NCBI GenBank assembly: GCA_964016885.1
Contig: OZ024751.1
Location: forward strand, 42,098,001-42,162,000
DNA: 64,000 nucleotides
Reading direction: 5' to 3'
Source of the DNA: Eledone cirrhosa
Lineage: Eukaryota
Shown: one piece after another, positions 1-14,700 of the stretch
Layout: every line of letters begins with the position of its first letter
How positions within the stretch are numbered: position 1 is the first letter of the stretch
The notes under the pieces: model-generated
Databases searched by the model: none
Told to the model about the DNA's origin: nothing
What the model saw: only the letters and a program-made list of their open reading frames with translations
Program-made: the position numbers and the translations under genes

Positions 1-1444
1 TCCAGTCTGTTTTCTTTCTCAATTCCTTACTTTTCATTTCCCATTCTATATTCTTTCGTAATTTCTTATTTATTGCTAATAGCTAACATTTCAACATTTT
101 CCTTCAATCTTTTATTATTTATTTATAATATATACTTTATTTCATTCTCTAACACCACACTTCATCCTTTTATTTATCTTCCAATCACATAATTTTCTTC
201 TACTTGGTTTCCTTTTAATTCCTTGCCCTTTGTCTCTCACTTCTAGAAATTATGACATACACAATATAAAGCTGGGTGTATGTTTGGTTTCAGTTAACTA
301 TTTCTTGTATTTCCTCTATCTGTTTTTGGTTGGAAGCAAAGGTAGAAATAAGAACATAATCTAATATGTTAGATCCCTCCAAATCATTCATGTGACCTGT
401 TGTACAAGTATTGCAATATGTGTGTAGAGCCTAGCTCTTTCTCTGATTTACATCCAATCATTTTAGCTAAAATGATTGGACGTTTGTCTCATCTTTAAGA
501 GCATTTTAATGTAATGTGATGTGCAAAAGTCAGATTTCTATTTTTTTTTTTTTTTTAAAGGGGTTAATTCTAGCAATGGCATTTGTTAAAAATCCCATTT
601 TCTCACACATATTTGTCAAAGCCCTTTTTCTAGCATGATATATCTTTCAAAAATCCCCTTTTCTCACAACAACATATTTGTCAAATCCTTTTTTCTAGCA
701 ATGACATCATCATCATTGAATGTCCGTTTTCCCTATTAGCAAAAGTTGGACATGTCGTCGCAGACATTCCATTTTATCATGGTACCAACCCTAGGGAAGA
801 TGTCATGTCCCTTGTGTAGCTGAAGAGTTTACTCAACTTTTTGTCTGACAGGTTTTCTATGGCTGGATGCCTTTCCTATTGCCTGTTGTTGAGGCTATCA
901 ATCTTTAACTCATGGCTGGGGTGGATGGCTGTTGACTCTGAGGAGTTCATCTGTCCCTATGTATAGTAGTCAGTTGCTAAATTGAATCTGTGCTCTTGTT
1001 TTTGGTATCATTGAAATATTTAAAATTTGCTGCTCTTGGAAAAGGCGTAAATACCACTAATTCACATTCCAAAATTAATTCCTCTTTTCAGAGACCAGAA
1101 ATCTAAATTCGTGTAATTCGTTTTATTGGTATATTTATTCAGTTAATCATTGATTTGAATAATATTTTGATACTAATTACTTGAGTTATTCTTGTAAAGA
1201 ACTACAATAACTGATTAAATAATCTTCAACTTCATATCTTTTTAAAACTGATATTGGTAGGAAGGAGACTACATATCATGCCCTCCATCATCTCATCTAT
1301 GAATCATAATTTTTCACTAATGTACTAATGTATCGTCAGGCTTAGAGTAGGTACACCCTGTATTCTTGTGTCGTAAGAAGCGACTAAAAGGTTTAGTGTG
1401 AGGAAAAGCATCCAGCTGTAAAACATTGCCTCAAAAATTCCCAT

Positions 1445-1575
1445 CCAACCCAGCTCAGTCCAACCCAGCTCAGTCCAACCCAGCTCAGTCCAACCCAACT
1501 CAGTCCAACCCAACTCAGTCCAACCCAGCTCAGTCCAACCCAGCCCAGCCCAGCTCAGCTCAGCTCAGCCCAACC
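1445..1575. repeat. 15-bp minisatellite (CCAACCCAGCTCAGT)n decaying into 5-bp units
   Basis: Directly visible tandem units; source of the spurious WTELG ORF. Confidence 0.9.
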
Positions 1576-1830
1576 TAGCCAATGTCAGCTTGGAAAAGTT
1601 GACCTAAAAATGATAGTAATGATGTATTTCTGAACACTTTTTTCTGCCTTTATTTGCTTGCTTCTTAGTACTCTCTCATGGCACTCATCATCCAAATAAC
1701 ACATTAAAACAAAAGAAAGTCATTATGAAATATAGTGGACATCTTGGACTGTTAAGCTCTGAGAATATATATATACAGTTAATGTAAAGAACGATGTGCT
1801 TATGCTCAGAGATGCTTTAAAATAGTTTAT

Positions 1831-2022
1831 TAAAAAAGGGTGAAGACCCTTTAAAAAAAAAAAAAAAAGTTGCCATCAGCCACTATGAGAAATTGAACTC
1901 CATATCTCAGATATAATGGTTTAAAGCACCTAGCTGGTATCTAGGAGATATGGGGCTCAATTCTTCATAGCAGCCAATGGCAACCTCTTTTTCCATCTTT
2001 TAAGGGTCTTCATCCTATTTTA
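1831..2022 (+). mobile_element. Degenerate fold-back element with tRNA-like centre
   Basis: Arms ~1831-1907 and ~1945-2022 are imperfect reverse complements. The centre reads TGGTTTAAAGCA-CCTAG-CTGGTAT-CTAGG-AGATATGGGGCTCAATTC (D-arm, anticodon-arm and T-arm like). Confidence 0.55.
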
Positions 2023-2190
2023 TAGCATGTCTGCACCTATCTTTTACAATAACTTAGGAAATATTTATTTTATTTTTTTGTTAATCTATGAATATTTTGA
2101 AACCTTGCTTTCTGAAGTCACTGAATTAATACATTACCTTTTAGCTGAATAATATAAATACAGATAGTTTTGATGTGGTTCTAAATTTAA

Positions 2191-2545
2191 CCCTTTTGTT
2201 ACTGTATTTCTAATGAAATACACTACCTTTCTGTGTCAACTAATTTTGAAAATTTGAAGCTTTTAATGAAATATCTAATCTTTTCATATTTTTTTTATTA
2301 TTAAACTGATGTTTGAAACTTACCTTAAGTATTACTTAAATACAGTTGTTATCATAGAACCAGGGGTGGTTTTAAGTTGGTTGCTATCAAAAGAGTGTTA
2401 AGCTAATGTTTGGAATATAACTTAATAAAGGTTATTACATAAAATTATGATGGAAGGTTTTTAGAAAAATATAAACACTTTAAAACAAAGCAGATTAGTA
2501 CTATAGACCCAGGGGTGGCTTTGGGGTTGGTTGCTATTGAAAGGG
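2191..2545. mobile_element. TTAA-flanked (piggyBac-like) MITE, family 2
   Basis: TTAA-CCCTTT...AAAGGG-TTAA ends. Related pieces near 4080-4340, 16040-16230, 35930-36224, 36365-36590 and 56400-56526. Confidence 0.65.
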
Positions 2546-3459
2546 TTAAAAATAGGTCACCATTTTGAATTTATTAGGCACTTATTGAGGCTATAAAGTT
2601 TTTTAATTCAGTCACCTCAGGGTGGACAAGGGACAGAAACAGTGAAATAAATCAAAACCTGGTCATTCTTTTAGTAGTATTCTACCAAATGAAATGTTAT
2701 GAAGGGTTTTCTATCAAACATTAAGCCTAATATAGACAATAATCAAAGCAGACTGCAGGGTTTAATTCTTCAAAGGTACCTTTAATGATAGCTTTAATTC
2801 TTCAAAGGTATCGTTTGTGATCTTAAGTACAGTTTCCATTCAGGTTATATTATTTTCTATAAATGGTAAACATTCTGGGAATTCAACCATTTCTCTTTCA
2901 ACATTCATATATCCCTTCATTTTTTCCCCTCCACCCACCCATCTGATACCTTGATAATGCATGTCACTAAAATGAAGCTTTCTTTCTCTATTTTGATGTA
3001 TGTAAGCTTAGTTGTAAAGTAAGGAGTTATTATTGAAATTGTAAATTTTGCTTTGTTGCTTTCAGCCATCCTGTAGTTCAATTCCCTATATACACATACA
3101 TACATACATACATACATACATACATACATACATGCACATATGTATAAATAATATATATACACACACATATCTATACATACATATATATATATGTATGTAT
3201 GTATGAGTGTGTGTATATGTATGACTGTATGTGCATTTAAAGTTAGACATTTTTGTTTTCAATTATGATTTTTTTTATGCACTTTTCTTTTTTTTTTATT
3301 TCCATGTTTTCAGAATATTTTCAATGGTACTTCTCTACTTTGTCAGTTTAAATGTTTTTCATAAATTGTATATTTAGAAATTGAAACAATAAATTTGTAA
3401 AAAAAATATTAAAATGAAACTGTGAATTATATTAAAAAGCCAAAGTTGCTAGCCATTAA

Positions 3460-3661
3460 CCCTTTAGCATTTAAATCAGCCATATCTGGCCAACATTTTC
3501 TCACCTCTTTCTGTTCAAACCAACCATAACCAGCTGCTCACACAGATGTTAGGGTATTATTCTCAAAATAAATAATCTCATAGATTCGATGTTATGTGAG
3601 GTAATGTATTTACCGTGAAAATATAATAGTAAATATATAGAGTAATGTAAATGCTAAAGGG
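3460..3661 (+). mobile_element. TTAA-flanked (piggyBac-like) MITE, family 1
   Basis: TIR CCCTTTAGCATTT/AAATGCTAAAGGG with left TTAA; internal sequence shared with copies at 15631, 28830, 40237 and 41893. Confidence 0.8.
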
Positions 3662-3740
3662 TTCAGCTGCTGAAGTTGCTAGGATTAAGCTGTCGAAGTT
3701 GCTTGCAACAAGCTGCTGAAATTTAACTCTGTATGGTTCA

Positions 3741-3771
<31 letters not shown>

Positions 3772-4824
3772 TGCACCACACCAGGCATTCCTCTTTAACA
3801 GAGATAGAAATTACGACAGTTCACCTCTAGCCCAACAGCTGCCTAAAACTACCAGCTTGTTGAGTGCAGGCTATAACCACATTTCTGTCTCTCCCCCTTC
3901 TCCACTCACCCACCCCCATAGAGATGGGGGAGATAGGAGGAGCCAAGTTCTAAGCCAGTTAAGGAAGAACATATTGATCGTTTTGGTTTTGAACTGTTTC
4001 TGCTTTACATTTGAAAAGGGGGTATTAGCCCTGAAATATACTGGGTAAAAACATTACTTTTTCTTTTATTTGTTATCCTTTACCCTTTATATATTTCTAC
4101 TGCATTGTACCAGCTTTCTGAAACTTAATGGTCAGTTATTTGAAGGGATTAATGAAGAATTTGGACGGATTTACTAAAATGATTTCATTAAGATGGTATT
4201 TGTAACATAACCTAAAAACAGTTCTTATACAAAATTATGTTGGAAGATTTTAATTCAAATAGGATCCCTATAAAATGGGTGGGTTTATTTCATAGAACCA
4301 GAGATGGTTTTTGGTGGGTTGGTATCAAAAGGGGCAATTAAAATCCCACTACCAATTAACCATAGTTATCTTACTCCTCTCTAGTATTTTATAGATCGTT
4401 TGTTATATTGAATACCCCTCTATCAATACCTACATACATAGCCAAAATCAGTTTTGTATGATCAAGCCATGTTCACTTGACCTAGCATTGCCCACAACAG
4501 GACAGCTGATCTAACCCATCCTAGCGTGGAAAAATTGACATAAAACGGTAATGATGATACATACGTACGTACGTACGTACGTACATACATATGTACATAT
4601 ATACATACCTACCTACAAGCATACACACATTCACACACACACGTCATTAATAATTTCATTAGAACCATATAGCCATATATATATCTCCAACACCTAGCTT
4701 ACTAATACTACTACTACTTTTAGTCAGCCATTTAAGTAGAAATAAAGAATTGAAACTCTAATGCCATTAGAACCTCCCCCTCCCTATACTTAGTAGAAGC
4801 AGTCGATATTTCTAACTGCAAGCT

Positions 4825-5050
4825 AAGTCACGTAGCTTAGTGGTTAGAGGATTGCATTTGCAATTGTGAGGTGCAAGTTGGATACCCTGACCAGGTGATG
4901 CATTATGTCCTTGAGCAAGACAATTTATTTCATTGTGTTCCTTCTGATGAGAGTTGTGACCAGTAGATATTATCAGCAATGGAAACATTGTTTCCTTGGT
5001 CCGATTTGACATGGTTCACTCCACTTAGTAAGCGAATGAGGTCAAGGATC
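4825..5050 (+). mobile_element. tRNA/CORE-type SINE, diverged subfamily (second copy ~33578-33810)
   Basis: A-box GCTTAGTGGTTAGAG, B-box-like segment, and CORE-like GTCCTTGAGCAAGACA motif. Confidence 0.65.
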
Positions 5051-5377
5051 TTGTCAGTTTTGCCCATAAAATCTGTCCAGCAATTCTTTCCTTAAGACAT
5101 CCTGACCAAATATCTGCAATATTAAAACCCTTCTAGATTAGTTTTAAATTTCTTTTAAAAGTAATGTTTCAAACCCCAGCTTACTAATGACAAAAGTTAT
5201 TTTATTAAATTCCTCCAAATTTTTGAGAATTTTCCAAATAAATTCAAACACACATAGGCAGTGTATTCTGTTTGAAATATGGAAACTAAAGTAAACCAAG
5301 AAAATATTCAGTAAATTCTTTGAATATTTTGGATAAAAACATTAAAATGCTATATTTTCATTATTTTGATAACATTA

Positions 5378-5600
5378 GGGTAATGGATTGGCAGTATCGG
5401 TAGAGTGTCGGACACCATGCTTCACGGCATAGAGTTTCGGCCCTTTGTGTTCTGAGTTCCAATCCTGCCAAGGTTAGCTTTGCCTTTCATCCTTATGGGG
5501 TCGATAAAATAAAGCACCAGTAATGAATTGAGGTCGATTTAATTGACTTTCCCCTCCCCAAAAAATTGTTGGCCTTGTGCCTAAAGTAGAAACAATTATT
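5378..5600 (+). mobile_element. tRNA-derived SINE family A (about 20 full or partial copies in window)
   Basis: Head GGATTGGCAGTATCGGTAGAG, B-box GAGTTCxAATCC, conserved GCCTTTCATCCTT..GGGGTCGATAAAATAAAG.ACCAG body, and tail GGCCTTGTGCCTAAAGTAGAAAC(ATT)n. Confidence 0.85.
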
Positions 5601-5838
5601 CTGATACCATTGAAATAATTCTGCTAATATGTACAAGAATGAAATTTTTACATGTTTTTTTTTTGTTGTTTTCTTTTTATTTTGTGTTTGTGTTGTTTAA
5701 AATATAATTTGAAAGAGACGGAGAGACTGAGTTGTTCATTGAATTCAGAAGGCAAATCAGTAAATTTTCACTTCATGTTTAACATTTTAAAACCTTTCCC
5801 AGCAAGAAATTTAGTACCCTTAGTTTTTGTTGTTACAG

Positions 5839-5874
5839 AAGGATCTTGAGAAAGGGGCCTTTGATCAGCCACGG
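5839..5874 (+). CDS. Candidate 36-nt micro-exon (KDLEKGAFDQPR) of an unidentified gene
   Basis: TTTTTGTTGTTACAG acceptor, CGG|GTAAGA donor, length divisible by 3, open frame, phase-compatible with the exon at 31710. Confidence 0.45.
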
Positions 5875-7352
5875 GTAAGATTTGTTAACACCATTGGCAG
5901 GGTCTAAATCTCCTTGCATTCCTTCAACTATCAAACTTGCATGGTCCTAATGTTTCACTTCTCTGCAGGATTCTTACCTCATTATACTATTACACCTACT
6001 AAATCTTGCTCCTTTCAATAACTTCTGGGGTTTTTTTTATTATTATTATTTTTAACCTTATTTTTTTTGGTTCTTGGTTTTTTTTTTTGGTTTTTTTTCC
6101 CCCTCATAAATAAATCTTTCCTCTAAATTCTTCTTCAATCACCACTGAATTACTGATGCAATAATCAAGACAAAGCTATTCTTTCTCTATTTCAAACTTT
6201 CTCTTACCAAAAATAACTTTGGCCTTTTTTCTTTCTGGGGTTGAGAAAATAAAGTACCAGTCACATACTGGTGTTAATGTAATCAACTTCCTCTTCCTCG
6301 AAAATTACTAGCCTTGTACCACCAATGATAGAATTATTACTCAGTCCTTGGTACAGAATGCAAGGACCAAAACACTTGTTTGTTTGGGGTTTCTTCTCTG
6401 AAGACCTCTTGCTGTCCAGCTCTCCTGAGTTTCCTACCACTTTGGTACAGTATACAAGGCAAATAAGTTATAAGTAACTAAAAGCAAAGAAAGAGTTGGA
6501 AAGGGGGGGGGGGGGGGGGGGTCTGGATAAAGCTTAAGACAACTGAAGATTATAGTGTCTTGTCTAAAACAAGAAAGAAGGCCATTATCTGAGATTAAAA
6601 TATCACGATATAGAGAAATAGAACAGCTTGAAGCTTCTGACTAAATAAATTGCTATTTTGCTATTGGGTTTATTTAAAGTAATAAAGTAATATATTTTCT
6701 AACTCTAAACAGAACTGTCAACCAGGCTTATTAGAAATGATTATGGTTATAGATTTAAACTTTTATAACATGATAGTGCCCAAGACTTTCTATATAATAC
6801 ATACATAAACTTGGTAAGTTCTTAACTGAATTGAAGCATTTACCATATATACTCAAATATAAGCTGACCCTTGCTATTTTAAGCCTGAGAAATGGGCTAA
6901 AGTCTGAAGTAGCTAATCAACACATTGTTTAGATGGCATATAAAAAGCTAACAGTAACACATGCAAGATATTTTTTATAGTGGTAGATAAAATATTAAGA
7001 TGTGACTGTCATCTCAGCTTTCATTTTATTTCACTTCATTCAACTAGTAAGTAGTTCACCATGTGTCTTACATACAGTATATCTGTCTGGCTTCAGGGTG
7101 GGGGGGTCGATAAAATAAAGAACCAGTAATGCACTGGTTCGATTTGATAGACTTTCCTCTCCTCTCCCTCCAAATTGCTGGCCTTGTGCCTATAGTTGAA
7201 ATCATTATTTCTTGCTGACTTCCTTGTTCTCTGTACAGGAATGTAAAGAATATTCCTCTACACCATCCCACTTCTTAGAAGTTTTCTCATACAAATATCA
7301 CAAAAGACATGCATCAATGTTATACTTTGGAATCAAATGAGAGCTACTATAC

Positions 7353-7404
<52 letters not shown>

Positions 7405-7524
7405 GTACACACTTTGGTTCATTTGTGTTTCGATGTTTAGTTTCAGCCTTCTCATTAGCTTTCTTTCTTTCTTGTTTTTCATTTATCTACATACTTACAT
7501 ACATATATATATATATACACACAC

Positions 7525-7571
<47 letters not shown>

Positions 7572-8089
7572 CACACATATATATATCCATCTTCCACTAT
7601 AAACAGCCACCATAACTAAAATGTTTCCATATTTTTCGTAGTTTTATTTTCTTTAAGTTTGTCTTGTAAGTTGTGGTGATTGAGCCAAATTATTTTCATT
7701 TTAAATTTTCTTTATTTTTCCTACATACATATATATATATATTTATTTTTATTTGACCTCAGTATGTAAAACAATTTAAAAGGTGTTAAATTGTCTACTT
7801 TGTAAATTAATTTCAATAATATACAGCTACAACAGTAAAGAAAATATAGTAATAATTCCAACAGCAATAACATTAATTATGTATTGTATAATAATAATAA
7901 TAATATTAAGAATTTTTATGAAGCTAAAAAACCTCAAATTTTACAGAAGGTGATTAATGGGAAGTTAGACAAAAGAAACCAACTAGTTTTGATATTTGAA
8001 GGAAAATTTTTATATCCACTAACAATTTTGTTTAAGTTAACACCTTAAAAAAATGTAATGTAGCCTTTTTATTTATTTGTGTAGTCTTT

Positions 8090-8155
8090 GTATATATGTA
8101 TATATATATTAATATATGTATATATATATATATAATATATATATTATATATATAT

Positions 8156-8188
<33 letters not shown>

Positions 8189-8277
8189 TATATATTATAT
8201 ATATATATTATATATTATATATATATATTATATATATATATTATATATTATATATATATATATATTATATATATATA

Positions 8278-8337
<60 letters not shown>

Positions 8338-8341
8338 ATAT

Positions 8342-8376
<35 letters not shown>

Positions 8377-8925
8377 TAAATATATAATATATATATATTA
8401 TATATATAATATATATATATTATATATATATTAAATATATAATATATATATAATATATATATATTATATATATAATATATATATATTATATATATATTAA
8501 ATATATAATATATATATATTATATATATAATATATATATATTATATATATAATATATATATATTATATATATAATATATATATATTATATATATAATATA
8601 TATATATTATATATATAATATATATATATTATATATATAATATATATATATTATATATATATTATATATATAATATATATATATTATATATATAATATAT
8701 ATATATTATATATATAATATATATATATTATATATATAATATATATATATTATATATATAATATATATATATTATATATATAATATATATATATTATATA
8801 TTTAATATATATATAATATATATATATTATATATATAATATATATATATTATATATATATTATATATTTAATATATATATAATATATATATATTATATAT
8901 ATAATATATATATATTATATATTTA

Positions 8926-8960
<35 letters not shown>

Positions 8961-9476
8961 ATATTATATATATATTATATATATATTATATATATATTAT
9001 ATATATATATTATATATATATTATATATATATTATATATATATTATATATATATTATATATATATATTATATATTATATATATATATATATATAATATGT
9101 ATTATATATATATAATATATGTATTATATATATATGTATTATATATTATATATATATTATATATATATATATATAATATGTATTATATATATATAATATG
9201 TATTATATATATATAATATATGTATTATATATATATGTATTATATATTATATATATATTATATATATATATATTATATATATATATATTATATATATATA
9301 TATATAATATGTATTATATATATATAATATATGTATTATATATATATGTATTATATATTATATATATTATATATATAATATATGTATTATATATATTATA
9401 TATATAATATATATATATATTATATATATATATTATATATATATTATATATTATATATATATTATATATATATATT

Positions 9477-9509
<33 letters not shown>

Positions 9510-9682
9510 ATTTATATATATTTATATATATTTATATATATTTATATATATTATATATATATTATATATTTATATATATATTATATATATATATATATTA
9601 TATATTATATATATTATATATTTATATATATATTATATATTTATATATATATTATATATTATATATATATTATATATATATT

Positions 9683-9713
<31 letters not shown>

Positions 9714-9714
9714 T

Positions 9715-9745
<31 letters not shown>

Positions 9746-10035
9746 ATATATTTATATATATATTATATATATTATATATATATATATATTATATATTTAT
9801 ATATATATATCATCATCATCATCATATATATATATATTATATATATATATTATATATTTATATATATATATATATATTATATATTTATATATATATATAT
9901 ATATATATTATATATTTATATATATATTATATATTTATATATATATATATATATATTATATATTTATATATATATTATATATTTATATATATATATATAT
10001 ATATTATATATTTATATATATATATATTATATATT

Positions 10036-10068
<33 letters not shown>

Positions 10069-10138
10069 ATATATATTATATATTTATATATATATATATA
10101 TATTATATATTTATATATATATATATATATTATATATT

Positions 10139-10171
<33 letters not shown>

Positions 10172-10185
10172 ATATATTATATATT

Positions 10186-10220
<35 letters not shown>

Positions 10221-10224
10221 ATAT

Positions 10225-10255
<31 letters not shown>

Positions 10256-11186
10256 ATATTATATATTTATATATATATTATATATTTATATATATATATA
10301 TATATTATATATTTATATATATATATATTATATATTTATATATTTATATATATATATATATATTATATATTTATATATATATATATTATATATATTATAT
10401 ATATATATATATTATATATATATATTATATATATAATATATGTATTATATATATATTATATATATAATATATGTATTATATATATATATATTATATATAT
10501 AATATATGTATTATATATATATATATATTATATATATAATATATGTATTATATATATATATATATTATATATATAATATATGTATTATATATATATTATA
10601 TATATAATATATGTATTATATATATATATATTATATATATAATATATGTATTATATATATATATATTATATATATAATATATGTATTATATATATATATA
10701 TATTATATATATAATATATGTATTATATATATATTATATATATAATATATGTATTATATATATATATATATTATATATATAATATATGTATTATATATAT
10801 ATTATATATATATAATATATGTATTATATATATATTATATATATATAATATATGTATTATATATATATAATATATATATATATAATATACATATATATAT
10901 ATAATATATATATATATATATAATATACATATATATATATAATATATAATATATATATATATAATATACATATATATATATAATATATATATATAATATA
11001 TATATATAATATATATATATATATTATATATATTATATTTATATATATAATATATATATTATATATATTATAATATATAATATATATATTATATGTATAA
11101 TATATATTATAATATATATATATTATATGTATAATATATATTATAATATATATTTATATATATATTTATATATATTTATATATATT

Positions 11187-11275
<89 letters not shown>

Positions 11276-11292
11276 ATATTTATATATATATT

Positions 11293-11341
<49 letters not shown>

Positions 11342-11360
11342 ATTTATATATATATATATT

Positions 11361-11391
<31 letters not shown>

Positions 11392-11418
11392 ATTTATATA
11401 TATATTTATATATATATT

Positions 11419-11449
<31 letters not shown>

Positions 11450-11520
11450 ATTTATATATATTTATATATATTATATTTATATATATATATATTTATATAT
11501 ATTATATTTATATATATTAT
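8090..11520. repeat. ~3.4-kb (TA)n-derived low-complexity satellite
   Basis: Almost purely A/T, with blocks of variant units (TATT, TAAT, TTTA, ATGT). Confidence 0.97.
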
Positions 11521-11992
11521 AGTTTTTTTTGTGTGAATGATGCTAAAATAAATTAATTTAAATTTAACAGAAATTATAATAGGATTTTAGGTGGAAGTTA
11601 TTGTTAAACGGTTTTATTTGCTTTTTTATTTATTGTTGTTGGTTGTTGTATTAGTGTAGATAGTTGTAGTAAAATAACCTATTATAAATGTGAATGACAT
11701 TTTCTTGCATTCCTCTGCATTTATCTAACTTTTGTATTTGTACTAATAATGAAAATCAAAACTGCAACAGAAAAGACTAAAACTCAGGAATCCAGTATTT
11801 AATCTCACTGACCCATTGTTCTAATCCCATAAAACCAAATATACATTTATCAGTCGTATATATTTCATCATTCAACCAGCATTTGGAAGAAATCTCTTCA
11901 CCTGCTTGACACTTTTGTTGCCATATTCCTTATGAAAGACACTTAAATTCAATTGATTTATGAAGAATTTGGAGAGATTTACTGAAATCATT

Positions 11993-12282
11993 TTTGCCTT
12001 TCATCCCTACGGGGTCGATAAAATAAAGTACCAGTAATACACTGGGTAATTGCTGGCCTTGTGCCTAACGTAGAAACAATTATTTCTTATTGGATTGGCA
12101 GAATCGGTAGAGTCGGACGCCATGCTTTGCATCAAAGAGTTACGGCCCTTTATCATCTGAGTTCAAATCCCGCCGAGGTTAACTTTGCCTTTCATCCTTA
12201 CGGGGTCGATAAAATAAAGTACCAGTAATGCACTGGGTAATTGCTGGCCTTGTGCCAAAAGTAGAAACAATTATTTCTTATT
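11993..12282 (+). mobile_element. Two tandem SINE family A copies (one 5'-truncated)
   Basis: Same body and tail as the copy at 5378. Confidence 0.8.
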
Positions 12283-12289
12283 CTTTGCC

Positions 12290-12750
12290 CACTTATTTCT
12301 GGGAGGGTCATGGAGGCAAAGTCCTCAAACAGTACTTCCAGCAGATCCTGTCAGAAGCAACCGTCTCCAATTGATCTGGCTAGATCCCCAAATGAGACCA
12401 GCTGAACTCATGGATGTTATCCAACCATCTTGCTCATTTGGGTTTTGCCGGTGCTTCTTTCCTGAGGCATTCTAACCACGTCTGTAATATCATAGCTATG
12501 ATCTCTCAATTCGGAGTAGTGGTTCTGTCTGAAGTGATTCTCTGATCTCCGAGCTATGCCCTCTATCAAGTAACATTACTCCAAAGACCCTTTGGAGGAA
12601 CCCCTGTTCAGCCACTTGTATTCACGATCGTATTCTTTTGGTCATTACCCAAGATTCCTGACCTTAGTTAAGAGTTCACATGAATACTGAATTGAAGATA
12701 GCGAGTTTGGCTTTTACACATACCTCCCTTCTTTTGATAACTACCAGAAT
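12290..12750 (-). mobile_element. Decayed LINE (RTE-like) 3' fragment; similar pieces ~15160-15365 and ~29370-29490
   Basis: Minus-strand reading gives RWLDNIHEFSWSHLG-like C-terminal LINE sequence with stops; a homologous stretch recurs at ~15180-15360. Confidence 0.5.
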
Positions 12751-13730
12751 CTAATGTTATGTTAGAAGATATTAGTTTTTATAGGAATCTCTTTAAAAAG
12801 GGTGGGATTTTTCATAGAACTAGTGGTGGTTTGGGGGTTTGTTGGTATGAGAAGGATTAATAAATCCACTTACTGAGAGTCTTTAAATCATACATCATTA
12901 CCAAAATTACCAAAATTATACATCATTACCAAAATTTTCCTGCCTTTTTCTACCTCTGCTTAAAACTTCTCAACACTTAATATTCTGTAATGTGGTTTAG
13001 CAGAAAATATTTGTTTTGCAAGATATTGGCAGCATGACCATACCAAATTATAACAATTTTTAAAATGGGTTTATAGTATATTTACTAGTGGACAGATCGC
13101 TGTGAAAATTTGCTTTATTAGTGTAAGGACTTCAACTTTTAATGTAATGCAATCGTAGTGCTGTTTTGTAGTTTTTCAAGAATGCCTTGCTTATGTGGTT
13201 TCATGTAGTACAGGATGTTATGAGTTAAATGTTCTACAATGTTTTAACTGTTGTAATTGAGAGGGAGGATGGAAGGGTGTGGTTAGTACCTTGTTTGACC
13301 AACTAAATACTTGTGTACTATAGGGCAGCTTGACCAGGGCTGACCTGGGGTAGAGAGGGTTCTATATAACTGCTTCATGTTCGCATGCTTCTGTTTTTCT
13401 ACTACCTGCTTGGATTAACTCTTGCTTCAGACTTTGCCATAGATACTGCTTGACTTCTTTCTTGCTTCAAACTGTCACAACCATTGTCATCAACACCTGG
13501 CCATCACCATCATTGCCATTACTGTCATCAACACCAACATCATCACCATTGCCATTCCTATTGGAATTAAAACCTTCCAACATAATTTGCCAGAACCTTT
13601 TGTTAAATTGTATTTCAAATACTATCTTAATGATGAAATAATTATTACAAGACAACCTTGCAGGACATCTCACTGTTTGATCTTCTCCAAAGATATATGT
13701 GTGTGTGTGTGTGTGTGTATACATATATAT

Positions 13731-13822
13731 AATCAGAATGGAGGCGGTAAAAACCAGTTAGACCATTATTCATCAGACTTGAAACGGCTGGAGCTCAGCC
13801 GTCAGGGTTCCGAATTTATTCA
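13731..13822 (+). mobile_element. TA-flanked fragment with hammerhead 3' half (GAAAC-GGCTG-GAGCT-CAGCC-GTC)
   Basis: Sits between TA tracts and shares the stem III motif with the element at 30024-30249. Confidence 0.5.
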
Positions 13823-14700
13823 TATATATATATATATTATACACCGAGAGGGATAGAGAGAGTGCTGATAAATAAATCTTGTTGACAGTTTATATATAAA
13901 TAAACTTACCTTGAAAGCTTAATTTGTACAAAAGTTATTTAGGTTAATAATAATCAATCAACAATTACATCAACATACATGTTTATAAGCAGGTGTAACA
14001 GTCACTACACACCTGATGTCAAATTGACTCAATATTATATGTACGTGCATGCATGTGGTGTGTGTGTTTCTAGGCAGGTGTGTGGCGTAACAGCCACTAC
14101 ACACCTGATGTAAAATCAACTCAATGTTCCTTGTGCATCCATGCATGCATTTGTGTGTTTCAAAGCAGGTGTAACAGTCACTACACACCTGACATACATA
14201 CAAGCATGTCAGGTGTGTAGTTCAGTAAACTGATTTATAAACAGCCTGACAAACTCTCCCACCCTCAATTATATTTCTCCTCTTTTACTGTTCGCACACG
14301 CACACATGCGTGGAATACATATCCAATGTATCCCTAATTTTTCTTTTTAAGATGGTAAGGTGTTGTCTAAGGAAGAATTGGTTTAGCAGGTCAAGCTATC
14401 ATAGAGAGGCTCCTTCAGTTGACTGACTTTTGTGGGTATATATCAACACAATGTTTGGTTAAAAATAGAAATCATATATACTGTATACTCAGCTGTTAAC
14501 ATACAATATATATACACACACACACTTACATACATACACTGGCATTATTGGTCGAGGGTCGGATGCCATGCTTTGACGCAAATAGTTACGGCCCTTGTCA
14601 TTCTGAGTTCAAATTCCGTAAGGATGAAAGGCAAAGGTTAACTTTGCCTTTCATCCTTACGGGGTTGATAAAATAAAGTACCAGTAATGCACTGGGTAAT

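Noticed and set aside
8116-11522. Long Tyr/Ile ORFs (up to 361 aa)
   Set aside because: Translations of the (TA)n satellite; no coding signal.
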